A stretch of 64,000 nt of DNA from Hormiphora californensis (Eukaryota > Animalia > Ctenophora): NCBI GenBank assembly GCA_020137815.1, contig CM035361.1, positions 5,208,001 through 5,272,000 on the forward strand, given 5' to 3'. A program made the position numbers and the translations under genes. Numbering within the stretch: position 1 is the first letter of the stretch; each line of letters starts with the position of its first letter. The notes under the pieces are model-generated. The model was not told the DNA's origin. It searched no databases and saw only the letters and a program-made list of their open reading frames with translations. Positions 28,236 to 43,200 of the stretch are shown in pieces.

Positions 28236-31200
28236 ATGTTGGATTTTTTGTTTGTAGTAACGGTGGCTCTAACCACGGTTTATTCTGCTGATAATGGTAC
28301 GATACATGTTCTTACGTTGGGCACGTCACGCCCTCTTTTTTCGCGAAACCCTCACACAGCCAAGTTCTTACGGTACCCCTCTCTCTACCGTTCCCTGGCT
28401 ATAATACCAAGACTCATATATATGTAGTAGACATGATGCAGTTTTATTGAAAAACTAATTAGTATCACTAATTAACCACTAATTAATTTCAGATGCCTTG
28501 ATAAGCACCCTATCGACTGGTTCCATTGTGAACCTTAACAAGCAGTTGGAGGTGGGCGATGAAATTTTCGCGTATGGGATCTACGCTGATGGTACAATTA
28601 AATTCAGGTAAGAAAACGTGCTCTGAATTGAACTGTGATTTTCTACTACTTCAGCCAATTAGTAGGAAAAGGTCATGTATCGATACTATGGTCCCCTATC
28701 ATAGGAGGTATGATATGTGATTCTCCACGCCACGTATTCCATTTATCCTTTTACGATTCGATAGTGATTACATGACATGGCTAAGTTAGCCGCTAACTAG
28801 AAAATATGAAAATTTCAGTAAAATTGGGCTAAAATATCCTCCCGGTAAATCGGGGTCCCGGTAAATCGGGATCCGACTGTATTATCAATTCAACGGCCCG
28901 AACTCTTTTCAGTGTTAATATCCTAAGCGCTGACAACAATCTCCTCCACGTGGATTTCCGCCCAGACATTGGTGAGGTAGTTCTGAACAGTCACGTTGCT
29001 TCCGGGTGGGAAACAGAACTCAGGTATGTACTGGGAATATATGGTGTGATCTAGATCAAATTCTAGTCCAAAATACAGTTGTATTACTTCGTTGTGTGAT
29101 CTATAGATCAAAATCTTTTTCAGATTCTCAAATCTTAATTTTCATTTTCATTTTCAATGAAGTCTGAAACTTCGTTGAGCCATTTTATCCTTTCATGCAA
29201 CAACTAGCCCTTTTTCAAAACGATCATTAATGCATTCACCATTCCTTTTCAGGGCATACCCCGCTGCAAGCAATTTCGTTAATGGAAAGATTTTCCAAGC
29301 GAAAATTGTCGTTGAAGAAGACTGTTACAGGTAATTAGACATGTTTCAGTGCTATCATTTACTGCTACTAATTTAATTAGTAATCAGTACTGCCAATTAG
29401 TACCACTAATTATATTTTTCCAATTAATCTCCTTCCAGGATCTATCTTAATGGGGTGCAGCTAGCTATAACATTCCCTCACCGATACCCAATCGCTGACG
29501 CCAACCGAGGTGAATACTGAATAGCACGATCTCTAAATCGGTTTAACAATTTCATTAAAAATCACTGTCTGTATTATCAATTATTACTTTGCGCTTCCTA
29601 ACTTTGCTCGAATCTGTTTCACCGTGTTGTCTGGCCAGTCCCGACTTGATTCTCATATGGGGTCTGCGGCGCCAGACAGTCACCGCAATGGTGTTCTAAC
29701 TCTGTTCTAACTCTGCATGGTGAGTCACCAATCACCATGCAGAGTAAGAACAAAACAAATCCCTTTAGAACCCTGTTCTAACTCTAACAAATCCCCTTTC
29801 AGTTGCTCTTTTTGGGGGAGACAATGGATTCAAGTGGAGTGCTCTCCAACTGCCACCAGGGAGCGCTAGTCCTGGAGTTCCCATGGTCATTGAGTCAGGT
29901 ATATGTAGTTACAGTCGGACCCCGATTTACCGGGATGATTGGGGGAAAGGGTCTTCCCCGGTAAATCGGGGTGCCCGGTATATCGGGATGAAATAGTGTT
30001 GATTTCCTATATCGGGGGAAGTTTATCCTCCCGGTAAATCGAGGTTCCGGTAAATCGGGGTCCGACTGTATATCATATTGACTATTGTAGTAGACAATAG
30101 ACATGTCCCAGTTCCATTAAAATTAATGAACTATTTATAAACTAATTATAGTCTTACTAATTAATTTCAGAAGCCGTGATAAGTGTCCAATCTGGTTCCA
30201 TTGTGAACCTTAACAAGCAGTTGAATGTGGGCGATGAAATTTTCGCGTATGGAGTATATGCTGATGGTACAACAAAATTCACGTAAGAAATTAACGTGTT
30301 CTGTTGAACTCTGTCTGGCGGCGCCCGACCTCCAGTTGATTCTCAAACAGTGTGCTCTGATGGGGTCGCGGCGCCAGATAGGTTGAACTATTATCCAGGC
30401 CACAAGGAGTTTTTCCAGAGTTTTGAATAGGCCAATATGAGTAATATTAAGATACGATTACGTTTTGTTAATTTGCCGGAAACTAAAAGAAGTTAGGAAA
30501 GGTGACCCAGCTTTTGTCAACCCCGAAATCTTTTCAGTGTTAACATCCAGAGCGCTGACAATATTACTCTTCTCCACGCGGATTTCCGGCCAGATCTTGG
30601 CGAAGTAGTTCTGAATTCGTATAACAATGGATGGGAAACAGAACTCAGGTATGTATTTAACAGAAACCGACCGAATCAGGAAATACTGGTCCCTGATTGG
30701 CTGATAACCAGCCACGTGACATAAATAACGAGTTCTGATTGGTTGTTTACTTGTTTTGGTCGGTTCCTGATGTATAACCATGCCAAGCCTGCAACGTGTA
30801 ATTCCTTCTTTTTCTCTGTCAGGCCTGTCCATGAACTCTCATTTTATTGAAATTCTGAGTACGGTAGAACCGCGGTCAGAGCATTGACTGGACAGCGACT
30901 TCTTCTTATACATATAAGAATAACAAATAAGCTTATTTTACAATGTTCTTCAGGGCGTACCCCGCTGCAAGTAGTTACATTAATGGACGGGCGTTCCAAG
31001 TTAAAGTTGCCGTTGAAGAGGAATGTTACAGGTGATTAGAGTGAACCTGTGTTTAGTACAGTGCTATACCAATTAGTGCTACAAATTAGTGTTAAAATTA
31101 GTCTTACCAATTAGTGCTACCAATTAGTGCTACCAATTAGTGCTATACCAATTAGTGTTAAACCAATTAGTGCTATACCAATTATAGTGCTATACATACC

Positions 31201-34200
31201 AATTTATAGTACTACCAATATTCCTCCAACTACTAATCCCCTTCCAGGGTATATTTTAATGGAGTGGATCTAGGTACAACGATGCCTCACCGATACCCAA
31301 TCTCTGATGCCAACCGAGGTGAATACTGAATAACACGATTTTACTGAACATTTTATATTAGTTTGATGTTAGAATAATGGTAGCATATATCACAGTGTAA
31401 TATACAAATCACAAATGTAACTTTGCGGTCCCTAACCGACTATAAAAATGTCCCTCTTTCAGTTGCTCTAGTGGGTGGTAGTAATGGCCTCCAATGGACT
31501 TCACTCCAGCTGCCAGCAAGCAAGACTACTCGGGAGGTTGAGACCCCCATTGAAGGAGGGCTCAAAGTTGGTGATCGGGTGTCCGGTTAGTCAGCCAATA
31601 TTTTGTTTGAAAAGGGCATCCAGCATAAGAACTATGTACATTACCCAGTTGAAACTCAGAAACCATGAGAAAAGCTCTTTCATTGTTTCAAAATGTAAAA
31701 TATCCCATATAAGGCCTATTGTAGCTAATTGTTGAAGCCTTGAACTTGTACACGAGTACTTCTTGGTAAACATACCCCACGGGTTGGTTACGAAGTCACC
31801 CCTTTTATTATTATTACCCCTCCGTGAGCAATAACAATAATAATAAGAGGGGTAATTTCATTACCAACCCCGCGGGTACTTTTTGTAAGTTGACTGTACT
31901 TTTCAGCATGGGGTATCTACGCGACTGATTCCCGGAAATTCAGGTTTGATCTTCAAATGCATAATGGAGACAAAATGCTAACGGTGGGATTCCGGCCACC
32001 CCCACTGGAGAATGAGGTAATTGACACAAGTAAACAACCAATCAGAACTCGTTATTTAGGTCATGTGACTGGTTATTGAGCCAACCAGTACATATTTCCT
32101 GATTCGGTCGGTTCCTGGTAATTGATTATGTGGGAACATTTAATTACCAAACCAATTATGAAGTTGAGCTCGAATTTTCAAAAGGGGTGTACGTATACGG
32201 TACATGTAAGTCTTTTACCAATTCGTTTATGACACGCTATATTTTTCACTGCAGGTGCGATTCAACAGTTGGGATGAATCAGATGAAGCATATAACGAGC
32301 AGGATCAGGCAAGTCTAAATTTTAGCAACATTTCCAAATTATAATGAAGCTTCCATTTTACTCGTCCATCTCTATAGTATCTCACACACGTATATCACTA
32401 GTAATTTTAGTACTTGGCACTAAAATCCCTTGCTAAAATCCCTCCTATGAGTAATATATCTAACATCATCTACAGATAACTCTGCCTGATGACTACTTTG
32501 TCAACGGTGCCGTGTTCCGAGTTGATATTGAGTGCGGAGAGAACGACTTTACTATCTATCTAGATGGCGAGGTAATTTAATTGATAACTAATTAATAACT
32601 AATTAATAACTAATTAATAACTAATTAATAACTAATTAATTACTAATTAATAACTAATTAATTACTAATTAATTCTTTGTGGTGATGGGGTGGTGAGATA
32701 CATACAAAGCAGCTGCTAAATCCCCCATCCACCTCAACATAAACAGTCCTATAGTTACAACTACGGCTGTCTCTAGACCCCGACTTTCTTTCTTTGTTTT
32801 CTCCCAACCACTCATCTCTATTTAGGTACTTGGATCCCACCCACAACGAGAAGGATACACTCTGGGTGGTGTATCGGGTGTGCTTCTTCGCAGGGGTAGT
32901 GAAGGCATGCAGTGGACCGACCTTGCCCTCCCTATCCGAAATGGTACGTCTTGATATCAATTAACTAATTTTGATATCTTAATAATCTTGATATATCCAC
33001 TAACTAATTTTCTGAAATTTTAAGTTTTTCTGAAAGATGTTGCATGTGATTTTAAGATTCTGAAGCAGGACAGTTCATCTTATCTTATCCTTGTCATGAA
33101 CGGAGTGAAATGTGAACATATTCACTACAGCATCATGTTAATATTTGTTAACTTGTTAATGTTCGCTGCATGTTTAAGTAACGTCAATCATCATGTTTAT
33201 AAACTTGACAAATTTCATAATAATCACCATGTGTTCAGGACAAAAACTGAACATTGTAGCAGCCAGCCAGAGTTCTACTGGGTTTAGTGCTCCTGCAGAG
33301 AGGGCCATTGATGGAAATACAAACGGAGCTTGGGCCTCTCAGTAAGTGATGGGATTCAGGAACCGACCGAATCAGGAAACACTGGTCCCTGATTGACTGA
33401 TTACCAGTCACGTTACCTAAATAATGAGTTCTGATTGGTTGTTTACTTGTTTCGGTCGGTTCCTGGTGGGCTTATCAGCAGTTTCAGTTTATTTGTTTCA
33501 CTCTCCACACGTAGAGTGCTCAACACTCCTCTTCAATTTTGTAGGGCGTTTTTACAATGATTTGTGAACAAAATTGGCGCTATTCATGCAATGTTCAGGT
33601 CATGTTCATGTAGCCAAGAGACAAGGAACAACTACTGGGAAGGAGTGATGTCTAACAACTATGCAATTAACAGAGTTGTACTTTACAATCGGGTCGATAC
33701 TGCTGAGAACAGGATTAACAAAGCTCAGGTTTGTTAATTTTTGACAAGGACGTCTTTGCAGTAAACAAAGCTGAGGTTAGTTTTTTGATTTGGTTACTTT
33801 CAGTTTTTGGGGTGTAGGGGGGGGCTGGAAGTTATAGTTTTTTATGATATTTTCTGTAAAAGGTGTACGCTGGTGATATGTATTGTGGTGAGGTGAAATA
33901 TCGTGCCGGACAGAGCGTCTTTACTGTTCACTGTGGAGGAGCCGTTGCCAGTAAGTCACGTGTTTGTGTCACACTGCTCCTTCATAAACACACCTTTCTT
34001 CCTGGGGGTTTATGTCACACTGCTCCTTCATAAACACTACTGTCTTCCTGCAGGTTCCGTGCGAGTGGTACAGAATTATAACTACCTCACGCTATGTGAA
34101 GTCGAGGTGTATGGAGATGAAACAGATGAGGAGCCAATTATCAACCTTTCCCAGGGTAATTAGCATAATTAATTAGCTGCATAATCGGACCAGTTGTAGA

Positions 34201-37200
34201 CTATTTAGTTCATTTTATGTCATTAAAAGATCATTAGATGAGTTGTTAATGATATCCATATATTTCCAACACCCCCCCATCTCTCGTTTAGGTATGATAG
34301 CGTACTCGACCAGTCAGGGATGGGGTGGCATTCCCTCCAGAGCAATAGACGGCAACACTAACGGTAATCTATAGTCAGTAAGTCGACCAGCTAACTTACA
34401 ATGTGCTAGATAATTAGCACTCTAATCAACTCACTAATGAACAATCTCCCAAATCAAGAAATAACAAAATCATACCTCCAACAAACCAAACACCCCCCCT
34501 CGCCCTCCAGATCAAGTTGTATGTGTTCTCAAAATAGCGGATCGAACTACTGGCAAGTCCAGATGGCGGGAGTCCAAGAAGTCTACCATGTTGTCATTTA
34601 TAATCGACGGGACAGTGGTACTGAGGACCGTATTGATGGTGCTCAGGTATGTGTTAATCGTCTACGTCGAGGCAATTGCATAGATAAATCGCGATTTATC
34701 GATGTAATTGCCTCTCTCAATTTTCCCTGTAGTACAGATCTCTGATTTACTGAATATTTCGGGTACTGGTATCCAATCACCACTGCTGCTGGTGTGCGGT
34801 CCATTGTAGTTGAAACCGATGAATATTTCAGGTATACGTTGGTAACAATCTGTGTGGAGTTGTGGACTGGAAAAGTGGTAAACATGTGTACAAGGTGACG
34901 TGTGAGGGAGGTCCTTTGAGGTCTCGATTAGTCAAGGTTCTACAGGAGGGAGAGTACCTCACTCTTTGTGAAGTTGAGGTTTTGGGTAAGTGAAATACTG
35001 TGAGGTTTTGGGTAAGTGAAATACTGTGAGGTTTTCATGGGTGCTCGGTGGGTCTCTATATTTGACACGCACGCTGCTCGAGTTCGGAGAGGACAGTCTC
35101 TTGTGAGACAACGTGGTCTAATCTACCCAGATCTCTCTCATGTATACAGTTGGGTGATCGGATAACTGTTTATTACCCTCATGTTTGATTGTCAGAGTTT
35201 TTATTATTCTCTCTGGGCTGTGCAAATGAATCAGACGTACTGGGATTTACAGCCCAGAGAAAATAATAAAAACTCTGACAATCTCAATCATGTATGTACC
35301 GCTGAGTCGCTGACCAACATTCATTCATAATGCAGGTCGTGAAACTGGCTCCAATGGGAATCTGGTAAACGTGGCTGTTGATGGGAGAGCGACACAGGAT
35401 AGTACCAGTCTCGCGGGTGTGGCTTCACGTGCTATAGATGGCAATACTGAGGGTGACTACTTTGCTGGAGAGTAAGTTATTATTACCTTATATGGTCATT
35501 GGGAGAGTAGGTTCTTCCTTATATGGTCATTGGGAGAGTAGTTTCTTCCTTATATGGTCATTGGGAGAGTAAGTTATTGACCTTATATGGTCATTGGGAG
35601 AGTATGTCCTTCCTTATATGGTCATTGGGAGAGTAAGTTATTGACCTTATATGGTCATTGGGAGAGTAGGCTCTTCCTTATATGGTCATTGGGAGAGTAA
35701 GTTATTCGTTACATAGTAAAGGGCGAAGTTACTCAACAAGGGCGAAACGTAAATTGTTATCACTTATCCTATAACGTAAATCCATTCCTAACCCTGATCC
35801 CCCTCCAGATCGTGCTCCCATAACCCTGATCCCCCTCCAGATCGTGTTCCCATAACGGTGTCGTTGACAATGGCTGGTGGGAAGTTGAACTTGCCGAGCC
35901 CACAAACGTCAAACGAGTAGTGGTATACAACAGGAAGGATGCCGGCCAGGACAGGATTAACGGGGCCAGGGTGTTGTTAGATGGAGAACAGTGTGGGAGG
36001 ATTTGGTATAAGGAGGGGCAGGATGTTTATATAGTGTGTAAGTAGTATTGATAATAAGGTATTCTGAATGGGATTTGAGCAAGAATTAAGTCTGGAGAAA
36101 TGTGAGGACTGTGAAGAAATGTGAGTAGTGTGGAGAAATGTGAGGACTTTGAAGTTTCGATTTACAAACTTTCTTCCTCGCCATACACAGGGTGTAAGAA
36201 TACGGCCAACTATGCGAATGCTACCACCATTAGGATTGAATCTACATCAGGAAGCTATCTTTCTCTCTGTGAGGTAATTATAAAATAGTTAAAACCTCGC
36301 GACAATTGGCCTTATATGGACATTATATACTGTCACTAATTGATCTTATATGGGCATATGATTATTTCACAGTCAACATCCCCCCTTTTCAATGACCAAT
36401 ATCCAAACCACCCCTCCCCAATCTCGATTTACCGTGCCCAAACCGTTTCATTCCAAGATTCCAAGTAAACCAACTTTTATAATCTTGATAACAGGTGGAG
36501 GTGCAGAGCGATACGAACTTCACGGGTCCAGACGGTCTGGTGAATCTTGCTCTGAACAAACCAACATCTCAGAGCAGCACCGGGTGGGGTGGAGTTAGTT
36601 CCAGGGCTGTCGATGGGAGAAGGAATACAAAGTAAGTTGCGAATAGTTGTTGAATATACCTGAGGTTGCCATCACGGCATCACTTGGTCACGAACTAACC
36701 CTCAGTCTTTATCTCTCTCACTCACTCTATGCCACTTTCTCACTCACTTGCACTAACGATCCTCTTTACGAACATGTACATGTACTGGGACTCTCCGGCC
36801 TCTCACCAACCCCCCTCTTCCACTAACTCTCTCTCTCTCCCCCTCTAGTTATAATCAGGGCAGCTGTACATGTACTGGAACATCAACGGACAGCTCATGG
36901 CAGGTGGACCTGGAGGACAACTATAATGTTAAGAAGGTCACTATTGTTAACAGAGCTGATGCTGGCAGGCAACGAATCGATGGCGCCCAGGTATTATACT
37001 AGAATTCTTACATTAGCTAATTTAACAATCTCTCTTTTGCTCGTTTTAGCAAAAGTAATGATCTTTCTTTTGTTCTCTTTAGTAAAAGTAACGATCTTTC
37101 TTTTGTTCTCTTATATATTAAGTAAAAGTAACGATATCTACTTTTGGCGATGGTGGTACATGGTTATCACCTAGCATGGAAAATAATATCCTTATGTAAT

Positions 37201-40200
37201 AACTGATTGATAATTAGATAATTAGCTCAACTAGTTTAATAACTAGTTGATAATTAGCTCAACTAGCTAATTACCGGTTACTTTTCCAATTTCCACTAGA
37301 TCTTTGTCGGTGACGAGCTATGTGACACGATCGAATACAACCCCCTTACCAGCCTGTGAGTAGTTTAACACCTTTTTTCAGACTATTTTCTAGTTACTAT
37401 CGCCCCCAATCGTCCCATTGGTCCTATATTGAACTCACAAGGATTTGTAAGCTGAAGTTGTACTTCAAAAACCTCTTCATTTAGGGTGGGCGGGTGGGGC
37501 GGCGCGGTGGGGTGGGGCGGCGGGTATTGAGCTTTAGAGAGTGAGAGAAATATAGGGAGCACGTCAGTCGTGGTCAGAGTTTTAGTCATAGATTTAGTCA
37601 TGGTCATGTAAAATGTTGTGTTAGTGTTTCATTCATTGCAGCGACCCTTATTGGGTTTATCTGGAGCACATTATGTGTCCGAGCGTGGCCGTGTTAGGGC
37701 TGGCGTTTTTCTGGCGCTGGGTTTTGGCCGGGAGAGGGGGAGTACAAAGAACAGCAGCTGGGCATACTGTGTGAACAGGTCCTAATTTTCTAACATGTCC
37801 CACGAACAGGTACAACGTCCAATGTGGCATTGTGGGTAGTTACGTGAGGATCGTCCAGCCAAATAACTACCTGTCGCTGTGTGAGGTGGTCGTTAAGGGA
37901 AATCCTGAACCTGTTGAAATGGATGAAGGTAATTACCCATATATGGGCATATACTGTCACTAATTGACCATATAAGGGCATGCCCGGTCAAATAATGTCA
38001 CTAATTGACCTTATATGGGCATAAATGACGTCACGAATTGACCTTTACAGATGAGGATACTGTTGTTGTAAGGGGGGAGGTGAGTGGGGGATCTGATGAT
38101 GATGAGAGTGAGGCGGTGTGTCCCAGTGGGTACGTCCCCAAGGAATGCTACGTCCAAGGAGGTACGTTGTAGGAACCGACCGAATCAGGAAATACTGGTC
38201 CCTGATTGGCTGATAACCAGTCACGTGACCTAAATAACGAGTTCTGATTGGTTGTTTACTTGTTTCGGTCGGTTCCTGGTAAGTTGATTGGAAAATATGT
38301 TATTACAGTCGGACCCCGATTTAGTGGCCCCCGATTTAGTGGCACCCCGATTTAGTGGCAGGAGTTTTTTTCCCCCAAAAATTTTTTAAAATTTTTTTGT
38401 GAGATTTTTTTGAGATTTTTTTGAAAATTTTTCAAAGAAACACCAGCCATGTCCGAATCGTGTTTCGAATCAGTGAATCTGATCGCATGTCCTGCTGCTA
38501 ATTAGACGGTTCGGAACGAACCGATACGTGATCCCCATGGGGCCATTGAATCACAAGTTCACCAAGCGTCAAAATTTCGATTCGATGGGGATCACGTTTC
38601 GATTCGTTCCGAACCGTCTAATTAGCAGCAGGACATGCGATAAGATGTACCGATTCGAAACACGATTAGGACGTGGCTAGTATACCTTTAAAAAAATTTT
38701 AAAACTTTTTTTGCAAAATTTTACAGTAAGATTGTCAATGCTTTGATCGGTGCTCTCCATAAATTTTGAGAGAAAAAGTTATTTTGAAATTTTGATACTT
38801 CCTCACCCGCTTAGGGTGCCCCAATTCGGCATGGTATCATGTATCGGTTCGTTTCGAACCCGCTAATTAGACAGGACATCCAGTAAGCTGCACCGATTCG
38901 AAACACAAATCGGACGGGCCGGTATAACTTGGAAAATTTTTCACAATTTTTTTTGAAAAAAAATATTTCATAGTTTTCTATTTCTAATCAGAAATAATCA
39001 TGCCATCAATACATGAATATTGCATATAACAGTTAGAGGTGTCTTTTAGTATAGCATTTTGGGCATAAAATAGGTTTTTATGGGCCAAATATGGCCCACC
39101 TCGATTTAGTGGCACCCCGATTTAGTGGCAGGATTTTTTTCCCACGAGGATGCCACTAAATCGGGGTCCGACTGTAGCTGTCTACTGTATATACAGTCGG
39201 GCCCCGGTTTAGTGGCCCCCAATTTAGTGGCAGGATTTTTCCCCCCGAGGAGTTGTTGCCAGGGGTGTGAATCTTTTATTTCTCGTTGTTGCCAGGGGTG
39301 TGAATCTTTTATTTCTCGTTGTTGCCAGGGGTGTGAATCTTTTATTTCTCGTTGTTGCCAGGGGTGTGAATCTTTTATTTCTCGTTGTTGCCAGGGGTGT
39401 GAATCTTTTATTTCTCGTTGTTGCCAGGGGTGTGAATCTTTTATTTCTCGTTGTTGCCAGGGGTGTGAATCTTTTATTTCTCGTTGTTGCCAGGGGTGTG
39501 AATCTTTTATTTCTCGTTGTTGCCAGGGGTGTGAATCTTTTATTTCTCGTTGTTGCCAGGGGTGTGAATCTTTTATTTCTCGTTGTTGCCAGGGGTGTGA
39601 ATCTTTTATTTCTCGTTGTTGCCAGGGGTGTGAATCTTTTATTTCTCGTTGTTGCCAGGGGTGTGAATCTTTTATTTCTCGTTGTTGCCAGGGGTGTGAA
39701 TCTTTTATTTCTCGTTGTTGCCAGGGGTGTCAGAACTATATGTTAGCCGTGATTGTCAGGGTACTATAACATTGTTGATTTCCCGTAGGTTCAGTTGGGG
39801 ATGAATCAGATGGGGCGTACATCATCCACGATACATGCCATGCAGTCAACTCTTACAAGGGGGACGGTGTCAAGGTTAGTTATATAATTTAATAATTATT
39901 TGTTGTTAATTGTACTTTTTCAATAATTTAACTTTCAAATTTTAAACTGACTAATTCTTTGTTGGTTGGAATAGTCTAACCAACTCTCAAATACTTCCTA
40001 CCGGTTTTTTATCATTTATTATTTAATCCCGCTCCTATCCAGTCACATGTAACATGCAACTCCCAGTCCCAATATAATCCCTCCAATATCATACTACTTC
40101 CCTCTCCAGGCGAGAGCATTGTGTGCAAACAACCCCTCAATGGAGAACCCCTGTAACGGTGCGAGTCTGCCTCGTTACTATAGCACCCAGGAACGCGATG

Positions 40201-43200
40201 TATCAGTTAGTTTGAGTTGCCCTGTAGGGTATGAAGAGCTCAGCTGTATCTTGCACTGTCCTTGGGTGAACAAGTGAGTTTTAATTAACTAATTAGTTAA
40301 TTAATTGATATAATTACATGAAGTATACCTTGATTTATTGCTTAATACAATTCAGTATAATAACTATCAATGACTACTGATGATTGGTGCCTCCTCGTGG
40401 GGCATCATGAAACATGTGTATAGACCTTAAAAACTTCCGTTGTTTTTAATTTGTATAACTACCAATATATACCATCTAACTACCAATATACTTCTAATTC
40501 AGGATTGCAGGAAAGGGTGCTGATATGCACGGTGTTATGGAGGGTAGTTGTTCAGTGTCGGGTTGTGACAGATGGTGCAGACTGAGTATCATTTGTAAAC
40601 TGAATATGGACGCGTAAGTTTACTGGGATTTGGGTTTAAGTTTACTGGGTTTCCCTGGGATTTGGGCTTCTCGCTAGAATGATTTACAATTTGAGTCGCT
40701 TGACACTGTTTCCGTGTATGAACAATTCAACACAGCGGGTACATGAATACACATGTTTGATATTTTATCTCACACGATAGTATTACCTGGTCCTCTTGTG
40801 AAGCTGATATGTCATCAGTCACACAAGATCACACAATCACACAATCACACATCCCCAATCACACACATCCCCACCACACACAATCAATCACACATCCCCA
40901 ATCACACAATCACATAATCACACATCCCCACCACATCAATCACATAATCAATCACACATCCCCACCACACACACAATCACACAATCACTGACACATCCCC
41001 CTTCCTTCAGAGACGAGTACGCGGCAGCAGTGTGTCCCTCTTGTGAGGGCTATGTTTGTGGGAGTGGGGAGGAGTGTTCGATGGAGGATACTACCGGATC
41101 TGGAATCATGAAACCAACCTGTAGAGTTCGACAATCTGGATGTGATGATAATGACAGGTAATTAGTATGTTAATTAGTTAATTAATTAATTAATTTAATT
41201 AGTTAACTGATTGATTAATTAACAGAATAGGTCCTTTTCATTAATTGCGATTATAAATTTCTTTAACCACTATACTTTACTAATTAACGAATAACCATTT
41301 AACCACTACTACTACCCACTCCTTTGCCAGGTGTGGTGATAATGGTGTCTGTGTACCAGTTGGATCTAACGACTACTCCTGTAACTGCGACGCTGAATAT
41401 GAATACAACAGGCTGGTAAGAAGAACTTCCCAAAATCGCCATCCGTCACTTGATTCTGCCACTTACATTCGAAGGCTACGATCTCTTTTCGTACCAATTA
41501 TATATAATTGGTAAGAAAATACCATATATGGTAATCATTAAATCCTCTGTTAATTCACAGATAGGATCGTGTTTGCCCATCCACACTCTCTGGGCGACTG
41601 TACTGGGAGAGGAGGCTATAGGTGATGAAGCTGTATCAAGTGCTGTCTGTCTGGAGGGACAGAAAGTTATGAGGTATGTGTTACCATGGTTACCATGGTT
41701 ACCATGCGTCGCGTTACTATAATGCGTTACCATGGTTACCATGGTTACCATCATCTAACCTCCCTTCCTCCCCCCTAGATGCCACACATACGGAGCACCA
41801 ACCGCCGCTGATGGAGTAACAATTGAGAATGCTGGTTCTCAGTGCGTGGCCCGGGCCTCCCACGCCCTCTCCTACTCTATCCGAGCCGTGGCCTACTGTG
41901 GTGATAGGAGTGCTATGAGGGATCCCTGCACTGGAGATGAGATTTACAGTACTGAGTACAGGATGGATGCCTCTCTGAGTCCCTCTATTGAGTGCCCCAG
42001 TGGGTATATCATGGCCAGTTGTGCCTTCCACAGTCCTTGGACTCAGGTAAATATCGGTTACCATGGTTACCAGAGTGGGTTACCATAGTTACCAGAGTGG
42101 GTTACCATGGTTACCAGAGTGTGTTACCATGGTTACCAGTCCCTCTATTGAGTGTCCCAGTGGGTACATCATGGCCAGTTGTGCCTTCCACAGTCCTTGG
42201 ACTCAGGTAAATATGGGTTACCATGGTTACCAGAGTGGGTTACCATGGTTACCAGAGTGTGTTACCATGGTTACCAGTCCCTCTATTGAGTGTCCCAGTG
42301 GGTACATCATGGCCAGTTGTGCCTTCCACAGTCCTTGGACTCAGGTAAATATGGGTTACCATGGTTACCAGAGTGTGTTACCATGGTTACCAGTCCCTCT
42401 ATTGAGTGTCCCAGTGGGTACATCATGGCCAGTTGTGCCTTCCACAGTCCTTGGACTCAGGTAAATATGGGTTACCATGGTTACCAGAGTGGGTTACCAT
42501 GGTTACCAGTCCCTCTATTGAGTGTCCCAGTGGGTACATCATGGCCAGTTGTGCCTTCCACAGTCCTTGGACTCAGGTAAATATGGGTTACCATGGTTAC
42601 CAGAGTGTGTTACCATGGTTACCAGTCCCTCTATTGAGTGTCCCAGTGGGTACATCATGGCCAGTTGTGCCTTCCACAGTCCTTGGACTCAGGTAACTAG
42701 AGTCTTAGAGGCCTGGTCCACAGGAAGAAGAAAAAATTATATATTTCGACCTTTCAAGCACTGGAATTGGAAATAAGAAGTTCAGAGAGATGTTGACAAA
42801 TTAGGATGTGCCACGATGTACCTTGCCACCCCGTGTGTTCCCTGATCCCTCTAAACTATCCCCTGTTTCAGTTCTTGGATGAGGCGACCAAGGCCCAGAT
42901 TAGTTCAATCAGCAGTGTCCAGCCTAATGCTGCGGGAGTGTGTTCTATGGAGAACTGTCTGGAGACTGAGGGACAGTTCTGCAAACTAACTGCAATCTGT
43001 ACCAAGCTAACCGGGTAATTTAATTAACGAGTTAATTAGTTGGCTAACGAGTTAATTAGTTGGCTAACGAGTTAATTAGTTGGCTAATTAGTTAATTAGT
43101 TGGCTAACGAGTTAATTAGTCGGCTAATTAGTTAGGTATAGAGCTATTTCTTTGTTTTATTGTGTCTAGATTATCACGATTACATTATCGCGTAGTTTAT

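Noticed and set aside
39253-39729. CRISPR-like 33-bp repeat / CCQGCESFISR metallothionein-like ORF
   Set aside because: Head-to-tail identical units with no spacers, eukaryotic intron, no cas genes.
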